Assembly (NCBI GenBank): GCA_973895155.1
Contig: OZ316899.1
Coordinates: 16,705,974 to 16,769,973, forward strand
Length of the DNA: 64,000 bases
Origin: Marsupella aquatica
Taxonomy: Eukaryota > Plantae > Marchantiophyta
Direction: 5' to 3'
The notes below the pieces were generated by a model. It did no database searches, was not told where the DNA came from, and saw only the letters and a program-made list of their open reading frames with translations. Of this stretch, positions 49,801 through 58,330 are shown piece by piece; position 1 is the first letter of the stretch; every line of letters begins with the position of its first letter. Both the position numbers and the translations under genes were made by a program.

Positions 49801-51530
49801 TTGTTGCCGATGCCGATTTCTTTTCTTTCTCCAGTAGTTTCAGCAGACTCTGCATGCCTGGTTGCTGCATCGGCAAGTCTTCCTTCCTGGGCCTAAACAC
49901 CTGCTCGATCGTAGGACTAACAGGTGGTTGAGGCTTCTCAGCCAACGGCCTCGGCGTTGGAGCTTCCTCGGGTGCCCTTACCTGCAGGGGAAGTACCGGG
50001 GCAAAAGTCTGACCTCTGGCATACCGGCACAACAGCGGCATGTGATAGCCAAGCCGCGACACGCTCCCCATGCCGATTACCTGCTGCTCCTCCTTTAAGA
50101 TCTTCTTCAATTGGTTGAGGAGGTACCCGTTGTAGTCCCGGCTTGGGTCTGGCCTTTCTGCCAGATAGACCTGTGCCTTGCCGATCTCTGCCCTCGGCAA
50201 GTTACAATGCATGGTCACCCGCAAGAAGTCGATCATCTCTCCTATGTGCGGGTTGGTGCAGGTGTTCCGGAAGAAGCCATTCTTCGTTGATGGCCCGGGG
50301 AACGACCGGAACTCCTTGTCAGGCAAGGTCTTCCTGGTATCAACTTTGGTCTTATTGCCCATCGGCAAGCCAAACACTTCGGCAATCACCTTGGGAGTAA
50401 GATAGAAATCCTTCCCATATATCCTCGTGCAATTGGTCTCGGGTTCCCATGACCCCACGAATTCTAATAGGTCTGACTCCGGTACCTCCGGCTTCAGCCA
50501 TGGTAATCTTACAAAGGCCTCCAAGCCGGATCCGGCCATGAAGCCTTGGTACTTCTTGGTCTGCATGGCCGTAAAGCATGCATCCTCCTCCCGTGCAAAA
50601 TGTAGTTGCACCTCCACCGGTAGGGTTGCCGCCCAGCCCTTCCAGGTGTCATCCCTGGTTGGAATGGCCTTGATGGGATCGACCTCCTCCTCTTCGGCTT
50701 CTCCCTCTCTCCTGCTCTGCTGCTCGGCTGGCTTCTTTGGTGCCGTCGACCTCGTTCTTTTTGCCGGGGTGGCTTCATCGTTGACGGCTCCCTTCCTCTT
50801 CATCTCTGCTGCCGTGGAGGTTTCTCCTAGCACCGTTGCCTGGGTCCACCTTTCCGTGCTACCCTTTAATTCCCAGTGTATGTCGTTGCAGTTCTTGATG
50901 GCCTCTCGGATGCCGACGACACTGTCCTTGCAAAACAGAAGATCGTCGAGTTGATTGGAAGTAGGCGTCCACAGGAACTCGTCCTTGATGAGTTCGCCTC
51001 CTAAGAAAGCCGTCTTCTGTAGCTCCCACAATCGAGCGAGCTCCTGCCGTTCTCGAGCTGCCCTTTCTGACTCCTCGTCCTCGTAAGTCTTGATGTACTC
51101 AGTCGCCCGTTCGAACAGGCATCCCCAGAAATGTGCCGCTTGATTGACGTTGCTCATACCCTCCTTAGGTTGATCGTCGGTATCTACTCTCTCCCCGAGT
51201 GCTTGCCTAAGCAGCTGACAGTAGTTGGCCTCCCGTAGTCGTCTGCCTAGTTCGTGCTCGCAAATGAGCCACTATTTCCTGCAAGCGCTCCTTACCCCTC
51301 TCCTTTGCCGGTCCTTCTTCCCGTTGATCCTTCCTAGCCGCCGACGCTTAACGCGCCCTAACCCTAATCGGGTTTTCACCCTCAGCCTTACCTCCGGCCT
51401 CTGCCCGGGTTCCATGGTTGCCCCTAATTGTTTATATTTTCCTTGTTTTGTCACTATACTAAGGTGTTCCTAGGGTGCCTTCCTGCTTTACCCACTTAAC
51501 TGGCCGAGTGATTCCTGTCTAGGCATCACA
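46868..51530 (-). mobile_element. Family-A ORF-bearing solo LTR, copy A2 (4663 bp)
   Basis: TSD CTTCT (46863-46867 / 51531-51535); termini TGTGGTGC...GCATCACA; a single long ORF with no gag/RT/INT. Confidence 0.95.
47789..51157 (-). CDS. Family-A LTR-encoded protein, 1122 aa uninterrupted (N-domain, NLS-like linker, Transposase_32/PMD-like core, long coiled coil, low-complexity tail)
   Basis: Core LEAFVRLPW..EFVGSW..RIYGKDFYLTPKVIAEVFGLP.G..KNGF..C..H..PRAEI..QV. E/K/Q-rich heptad region; 7-aa AEAEAVG repeats near the C-terminus. Confidence 0.9.
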   Translation of the reverse strand: MSNVNQAAHFWGCLFERATEYIKTYEDEESERAARERQELARLWELQKTAFLGGELIKDEFLWTPTSNQLDDLLFCKDSVVGIREAIKNCNDIHWELKGSTERWTQATVLGETSTAAEMKRKGAVNDEATPAKRTRSTAPKKPAEQQSRREGEAEEEEVDPIKAIPTRDDTWKGWAATLPVEVQLHFAREEDACFTAMQTKKYQGFMAGSGLEAFVRLPWLKPEVPESDLLEFVGSWEPETNCTRIYGKDFYLTPKVIAEVFGLPMGNKTKVDTRKTLPDKEFRSFPGPSTKNGFFRNTCTNPHIGEMIDFLRVTMHCNLPRAEIGKAQVYLAERPDPSRDYNGYLLNQLKKILKEEQQVIGMGSVSRLGYHMPLLCRYARGQTFAPVLPLQVRAPEEAPTPRPLAEKPQPPVSPTIEQVFRPRKEDLPMQQPGMQSLLKLLEKEKKSASATTTTTATATMPDTTTEVGLHRLTRENPFAGDERIRPESKPGVRMYVGTSSSESEAELPEAPTEEEEREKPKIQEVEEAVEDCSHDNSGYGSDHHVPGVRTCGRFVPTLPRVVRGDPNQQSSPESPPPDVAPPSFDGIKQTVQEFQERIKQEEEAALAKEKDLPGGDWPEDIRRLAEKGSKPLATIEEIRRTAWEQRPRWAMPITSTYSTYAKNRAMEYGEMCGELALGIFGEELEVGPFFHREQLEKHQLEEAVALERSKKDEVIRRLRRMEAEIEDLRAAKKAQDELRIKRHELNIMQGQLDAAQADNQNIKDKLTQTQEELADTIKEREKWKQELKNTEEAHITANSRAMAETQRKEWALKGELEKIRGALEQKEVELGKSYQGIMALQQELASLTASFKADLREKDEMLKQTYAKMNQMESVIIAELDKELRATQEEKATLKKELEEAHREQEEAKNELEGARKDLDETQEELEEITRKMENLQRRADNQTERLKKQAAVFKCLAAAGPSPVGTNQLPGVVIAEGQAAPPAPVPEVSGKGKGPAAEPPTKKKRKPSGSRSNTTSQAVVIKEVDPAPTPDRVTAKDPTTLGEGEAEAEGVAEAEAVGVAEAKAVGIAEAGVEAEAEGGPSQAEGELTRSRAGNLSVGGPTAVAEEEVLGASIEDPPPVS

Positions 51531-51642
51531 CTTCTCAGCTTCAATCTCTTCCTTCCTTATACTCCGCATCATCGTCATGACAATGCGGGAAATCCAATCA
51601 ATCTCATCGCTCTCACCCATCTTGCCTAATCGCCCCAAGGTA

Positions 51643-51660
51643 TCCCCAGTATGGTAGCCA
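51643..51660 (-). promoter_or_regulatory. Gypsy PBS, tRNA-Arg-like (degenerate)
   Basis: TGGCTACCATACTGGGGA 1 nt after the LTR CA; resembles plant tRNA-Arg PBS types (TGGCGACTCCACTGGGGA). Confidence 0.6.
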
Positions 51661-51661
51661 A

Positions 51662-52475
51662 TGTCGTGTGGACTGAATGTAGGGGTCACCTCAAGAAAAC
51701 AAAATGTTTCTGGCTGCGATCCAGACAAGTGCTAAACACAATTTGGGGCCCAAACTCAAACACTTTACTTTTTGAAAATTTTGTGATCAATACAATGGGT
51801 GATTTTGGGCGGGTCACTCGTGAAAGTCTGATCTCTGACCCTTCGGTGGGCTACTATCTATCTTTCATCAAGCTATCGTCCTTCCAAGAGCTGTCAAGTT
51901 GGAAAATCCACAAAACTCAATTCCTCAAGTGCTCAAGCTCACAACTTCAATCCTACTTGAAATCTCTCAATTCGCATTGCCAATGATCCAACACTTAAGC
52001 TCGCTGGTTCACAATCGGTAACCTCTCAATCCTGAATCCAAAACTTCATAAAACAATTGACTCCCCTTGATTGAGCCAAAGCCCAGGCCTCAAATACACC
52101 TCAAAAGTAGCATCCCCGCCCAACGAGGCACCGCTAGGCGGGTTTAGAACTCAAAAGCCAGACTCTAGGTTGCCTGAAGACGAACCAACAGCCCTTCGCA
52201 TTCCAATCGCAACCAACTCCCAACTCCTTAGTTTCCGTATGCTTGAAACTCACCAAAAACAAAACACCAATTGTCACTCAAAGTTGAGCTTAAAGTCAAA
52301 ACAATTTGACCCCCTCGGTACTCGCAGCTCACTGGAAATGGAACACCAATTGACTCTTAGAGTTAGGCTCAAAGCCAAAACAATTCAACTTCTCAGCATT
52401 TGCAGCTCACTGAATACAAAACACCAATTGACTTCCTCATCCCCGGTCTTGGTACCAAAACGGTTTGTCACGACA
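51662..52475 (-). repeat. Gypsy 5' LTR
   Basis: TGTCGTG..CACGACA inverted termini; direct repeat of 33015-33828. Confidence 0.93.
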
Positions 52476-52529
52476 TCGTGCAATTCGTGGGTGGTGTGAC
52501 GCCGCCAACACAACGGTTAATGATTGATG

Positions 52530-52864
52530 GTTCCAAAGCCGATAGTTCCTCGGATAGGGCTTACCAAATTGAAGCTCTAGAAGAATCTCGACTACTAGCA
52601 GCCAGGCATGCGGGAAAGCAGCAAGCAGCTTCCAAGAAGCAACACGATAAGGGACTACAGAAGGTAGATGTCGTGACGGGCGACCTGGTCCTTCTGTACG
52701 ACAGTAGGTACATGCAATTTCCCAGGAAGCTTCATACTCGCTAGATGGGCCCGTTCTTGGTCAATCAAATCTACCCAAACGGATCTCTTGACCTCGCGAC
52801 GTACGTCGGCGATTTACTTCCCACGCGAGTTAGTTACGATCGTGTGAAGAAGTACCATCACTAG
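52530..52864 (+). pseudogene. Gypsy integrase C-terminal (GPY/F) fragment, Athila/Tat-like
   Basis: GDLVLLYDSR..FPRKLHTR*MGPFLVNQIYPNGSLDL..G...RVSYDRVKKY. Confidence 0.88.
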
Positions 52865-53276
52865 GACGATGACGCCAATAGTGATGTTTGAAAGGACGCT
52901 TCACAATTAAGCAAGGAGCTATGTGACGCCGCTAGCACGGTGGTTAATGATTGATTTGGCCTATCTGTGCTTAGCACGCCCATTAGGGGCACCATAGGCC
53001 ATAGTTATTAGCATAATGATACTAAGTAGGTATTACTTATGACTAGGGAATCATTAGTTAATAAGGGGCATTTACGTTTGGGATGGTGGCGGAGCGCCAT
53101 TCGTACTCCCAGGTTACGAGCGTGTAAGGGGACACTTCGGGTCCGTATAACAAATTCTTGGAGGTGGCTGCTAACACGCTCTGAACCGGACCCGCAAGTG
53201 GCGAGTACACTATGAGCGTGAAAACCTCGGCCTATAGGAAGGAAGGAGGGGCCAGCCAAATGATGAGCCCTCAGAG

Positions 53277-53283
53277 TATAAAA
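53277..53283 (+). promoter_or_regulatory. TATA box upstream of the LTR-encoded ORF (B1)
   Basis: TATAAAA about 100 bp before the ATG at 53383; conserved in B2 at 58690-58696. Confidence 0.6.
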
Positions 53284-53382
53284 GGAGGGCCATTCTCTTG
53301 TATTACACCCACACTCCATTCCGCGCGCCAGCTTTGATCTCAGCCACTCCGTCCCTCCTTAGTCGCCCACCACCACTCCTGG

Positions 53383-55963
53383 ATGTCTGTCACGATATTG
53401 TCTAGTTTGGCCCTTCAATTTTGGTGTCCGTAGGGAGTCACTTAGCCAAGTCCTTAGCCAAAGTCAACCCGCGCCAATACGAGACCAAGCGAGCTTACGA
53501 GAGAGCCATTCGCTTAGCCGGCCGTAATCACTATAATGACAGCTTCGACCTCCCGTTTCAGAGTGAGCTTTGCCGAGTCGACGAAATCAGCGAGTACTTC
53601 TTCGTCGACGAGAAGTACGTCGGGTTCCGGGAAGCGCTTCTTCGGCTTCCAAACAAGGTTTACCATCTCTCGGGCACGATAGACTTGCAGCCGCACCACT
53701 ACGACCATATCTCCGCCCAGGTTCAAGCCTCCATAGATAGTCAGTTTGGCCCTGCCCGAACAAGCGAGACTCCTATCTTAACGTCACTTGACTTCCCCAA
53801 GGACTTCCTGAATCTAATGGCGCCTCCCCCAGCTGCAACTGGCGCCCACCCATCCGTGTCTACGCCAACACCACCCCGGCCTCAGCCAAGCCAATCTCCA
53901 CCACTGGTCGCACCACCTCTCCGAGTGCAATCCATGGTAAATGCAGTGAATATTAGCTCCAAAGACAAGGAGGCTCACCCTCCTCTGAACCGACGGCCGC
54001 GGAATACAACTCACCAGGCGCCAAGCAACCCGACGCCACTCCAGCCAGCCCGAGGGGATAACATGGTGACTCTAGCGGCCCCGGTACCAATACTCACGGC
54101 AGTAGCACTACCGCCGCCCAACCGGGAGGATGGGGAGATGTGCCCCTCTTCTAGTCACCCCGGGAATCAGTCCTGGGGTAGAAAGAGAAAGGAACCCGCA
54201 ACTATATCCGAGTTGCCTTTTGCCACAGTTGTAGTGGCCAAGCTAACCATGCATCACATGGTGGAGAACGTTCACAGGAACATCCTCCACCCCAAGCATG
54301 CATGCTATCTGAAGACCCAAGGGTTGGAGCACCTTGCCTGTCTTCCTTGGAATGGAAGTAGGTACTACGGGCAGGATATGACGGAGTTCATTCAGAACTT
54401 CGACGAGGCCCGTCAACAAACCCGGGGGCACGGGAGAGTGATGTGTCTCAATGAGGCACATTTGAAGATGATTTTTGGCCTACCCGAGGGGATAAACCGG
54501 GTAGAGTCTCGGGCTCAGGGGGGCAAGGGAGCTAAATACCAATCCTCTAGCTTCCCGATCGAGGGAGCAGTGGACAACGGATTCTTGATGAGGACGTGCC
54601 TCATCCCGGAGGTAGCAGAACGCTTGGAGTTCCAGCGGTATGCCCTCCACATGATGAAACCACGGGGCAAAATATCCACCGCTCAGGTCATACAAGTAGA
54701 GAACTTTCGGCCTAGGAGGTGGGCGTCCTTCTTCGTCAAGAAGTTCCATGAGGAGATGGAACGGAGAAGGAAGACCTTATACCTTGGCGGAAAGGCTACT
54801 TTGCGAGCCACATCGAGATCATCATCGAGTGGTCCGCCCATTTTGATCGCCAAAGCCTTCCCCATAGCAACAAGATGGAATTGACTCCGTCAAAGTGGGT
54901 GTTCCCGGCTTAGGAGAGGCGACCGCAGTCCAAGGCCCAAAAGCTGGTTGTCGCAAGACCTGCTTCCCCGACCCAACCACCAGCCGCTACCGCCCCGCCA
55001 AGCGTACCCGTGGACGCAGTTATCGCAACCTTGGAAGTGATCAACTGGGTCAATGCAATCAAAGCCAGGCCAGCTAAGGCCAGACCCAAACCCGATACTA
55101 CGGTGGCCAAGGAAATCTCGCCACCCCCCACGACTGTGCAAGAGAACCGACTAGTGGAACCAGCCCCTTCGACTGACTTACCTCAAGGGCTGGATGTTTC
55201 CACTCCTACTCCCGTGCAAGATGGGGTCTGCCCATGCTCGAATCCAGATGGGCATAGTTTGGACCTTCCTGAACTCTTTGCGTCGGGCACGTTTCTGAAT
55301 GGGTTGTTTGGAGATTTCTCTCAACAAATTGCACGGGATACCGGGGAATACATGGCACGGAAGGTGGCCTACTTCTTCAACCAGGAGTTGGTTGCGGCTA
55401 TAAAGGCAGGACATGCGCAAGTTGAGACGACGCAAAGATTAGAGTGGTACTAGGTTGAGTCTGTCTACCTGAAGGACAAAGTGGCAGCCCTGGAGACTGA
55501 ACTCCAGCAATTGTGACCTCTGGGTAACGGCCATGGAGGATCAGGGTGTCAAGGCCAGGGCCCGGGCAGCCTTAGCAGAGCAGGCCGGGCTTGGAAAGGA
55601 CTTTGAGATTGCACGGCTCCGGACCATTGACGGTTGGAAGGGACAAGCCATCATTTGGCAAAAAGATCTGGAGGAAGCTGACTCTCGGTCTCAGTGGGAC
55701 GCAACCGAGATAGACACCCTGAAGACAAAGGTGGCGCGGCTTCAAGGAGAAGCCACAAAGTAGGCCCAGTTGGTGGATGACGAGCAACGTCCGACAACTG
55801 GAGGAGACATGCCAGGAGGCCGCGGAGGAGACGGACGCGGCAAAGCGTGAGAACAAATCTTTGCTAGACCAGGTCAGCTACTCAAGCAGGATGTTGACAG
55901 GCTTAGGAGGCAGCCGGACAGCCGCTCCCACTCGAGCGTCTTTGACAAGCGTGCCAGGCATTA
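53383..55963 (+). pseudogene. Family-B LTR-encoded protein, copy B1 (frameshifts/stops)
   Basis: ORFs 53421-54884, 55010-55453 and 55533-55763 are colinear with the B2 protein. Confidence 0.88.
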
Positions 55964-56856
55964 GTGGCAGAGTAGGATTAAAATAGAGTTAGGAGTAGCT
56001 AAATCGGGCTATAGGGACAAGCGCCTGCCCTAGTTAAAGCGGTGCTGCCATACTGTCCAGCCTGCATAGATTAGAATCTTCTAATAAGACAAGCCGTTTT
56101 CCAGCCTAACAGCCAGCTTAGTTAGGATCTTAGTTAGTGAATATTCGGGCTCGAGGCCACTCCGGTCCTTGGCCCTTAGTATTTAGTGCACCCCTCGGTA
56201 GAGGCAGGGGGTTTTTAGTCTCAGAGTTGGACATCCGCGGTATGTGCGAGGAGTCCCAACATTTGTGAGTGAAAGAGTACCAAGGGGAGGGGGTAGGACT
56301 AAGCTCGTTGGGCGAGTGCGGAGCTGGGCTCCGTTGTAGTGTACACCCTCGGCCTTGGACCTGTTCATTCAAGAGCTTTCAGGTCAACTAAGTGTACATG
56401 TATTTCCCCTATGTAGTAAAATCCTTTCCCATTATTTCCTTCGTGTAAATCAAGATTGTATGCTTGTGCGTGTGCATATGTGTGAATCTCGTGTATGGGT
56501 GCCAATGCTTGGCCGAATGCACTACTTGAGCCGTGCACGGGGTGCAGCTTGCGGGTAAGTGGTTGCGAGCACGGGTTGAGTGACCATATCATCAAATCCG
56601 GATCAAAGGTGGACAACACAAAGGCTTAGAAGCCCGTAAGCTGGGGTTGATCCCGCTATCGACTAAGGTACGTTCCGACGGTGGAACACAAACCATACCT
56701 AGGAGGTGTCCGTAAGTAACAGTAGATGCACTTAGCGCTAGTTTACGTGAGTTAGGTGCATTCCGTGCTTCCCTCCCTGCCTGAACCGTCATATTTACGA
56801 AGGATGTGCCTGTCTAAGCCGAAGCCCGGGTTAAGACCTAGGCTGACGACGTGACA

Positions 56857-58330
56857 GGTGGCCTGCTTCATCCCATCATAAGTCGGAGGAGAAACGTCTG
56901 GTGGGGCAGACTCTGGGCTCCTCTGCTATTTTGGGTCCCCACGCACCACTCCCGGTAGTGTGGGGATGAATTGGCCATAGGTCCTGACCCCTCGTACAGG
57001 CCAATCCGCCTCGTAGTCAAAGTCCTCATCAATGTAGTCCTCCAGCCCTCCCTCCCATCCTAGAGTAGTAGTTCCTCCCACTCCTCTTTGGGTCTGGCCG
57101 TAAATGCGGCTTCCTATTGGACGGGTGCCGGCTGTGTCTGTGGCTCCCAAGCTTGTCCTTTCCTCTCTTCCCTAGGGCTAGGAATCTTGGGCTGCTGTTC
57201 CTCAGGTTCTGGCCTAGAGCCCCCCACATACATCCGTACTCTCAATTCTTGTTCCGGCCTCCCTCTCCCCATGCCTTCGGCAAAGGGATCTGCCCTTGTT
57301 GGTCTTCTTGGGCTTGCCTATGGTATAGTGCCCTATACCGGTGCCAGTGCCGCAATTGCCGGCTTCTTCTTTTGCAGCATCTGCAGAAGGCTCTGCATGG
57401 TGGGTTGCTGCATCGGCGTGGGTTTTGGCCTAGGTCCAAAGATCTGCCATATCATAGGGTTGTCGGGCAACTTGGGCTTCCTTGTATTGGCCTCTGCTTT
57501 GACTCCTCCTTTAGTGCCCTTGCTTGTAGGGGAAGTATTGGTGCAAAGGTCTGACTCCGGGCGTACCAACACAACAATGATATGTGATAACTAAGCTGGG
57601 AAACGCTCCCCTGGCCTATCACTTGTTGTTCCTCCTTCAAGATCTTCTTCAATTGGGTGAGGAGGTACCCGTTGTAGTCCCGGCTTGGTTCTGGCCTCTT
57701 TTCCAAGTAGACTTGTGCCTTGCCAATCTCCGACCTTGCTAAATTGTGATGCATTGTCACCTATGGGTTAGTGCAGGTGTTTCTGAAGAAGCCATTGTTT
57801 GTTGATGGCTCGGGAAACAACCTAAACTCCTTATCCGACAAGTTCTTCTAGCTGGACATCCACCTTGGTCTTATTGCCTATCGGCAAGCCAAAGACCTCT
57901 GCAATCACCTTGGGAGTGAGATAGAATACCCTCCCATACACCTTGGTCGTGTCTGGTTTGTGATCCCAGGATCCCACAAAAGCCAACAGGTTTGAATCCG
58001 ACACCTCAGGCTTTAGCCAAGGTAACCTAACAAATGTCTCCAAGCCGGATCCGGCCATGAAGCCTTGGTACTTCCAGGACTGCATGGCTGTAAAACATGC
58101 ATCTTTATCTTGTGCAAAGTATAGTTGTACCTCCCTCGGCAAGACGGTCGCCCAACCTTTCCATGTGTCATCCCTTGTGGGGATGGCATTAACTGGGTCA
58201 ACCTTCGGTTCTTTGGCCTCCTCCTGCCTCTTTCTTGTCTGCTCGACTAGCTTCTTAGGTGTTGCCGACCTCGTTCTTTTGGTTGGGGTTGCCTCTTTGT
58301 TGGTTGGCACCTTCCTCTTCATTTTGGCTA
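56857..58330 (-). pseudogene. A1 LTR-encoded protein, core region (degenerate)
   Basis: 57831-58322 and 57452-57760 match A2 (IPTRDDTWKGWA..FVRLPWLKPEV..LTPKVIAEVFGLP; SRDYNGYLL). Confidence 0.9.

Larger units (their letters stand above)
33015..52475 (-). mobile_element. Full-length degenerate Ty3/Gypsy element with nested insertions
   Basis: 814-bp LTRs at 33015-33828 and 51662-52475 (TGTCGTG..CACGACA), roughly 90% alike by eye. PBS 51643-51660; PPT 33829-33840; apparent 4-bp TSD TCGT; gag-PR-RT-RH-INT order. Confidence 0.93.
52495..56856 (+). mobile_element. Family-B Gypsy element B1, internally deleted: ~35 bp of 5' LTR, integrase C-terminus, PPT, complete 3935-bp 3' LTR (52922-56856)
   Basis: TSD GGTGG (52490-52494 / 56857-56861). 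The LTR start TGTGACGCCGC..GGTTAATGATTGAT occurs at 52495 and at 52922. Purine-rich AAGCAAGGAG just before 52922. Confidence 0.92.

Noticed and set aside
47789-51157. 1122-aa ORF as a host myosin/SMC-like gene or an envelope protein
   Set aside because: Coiled-coil similarity is generic; the ORF is intronless, multicopy and inside TSD-flanked units; no clear signal peptide or transmembrane helix.
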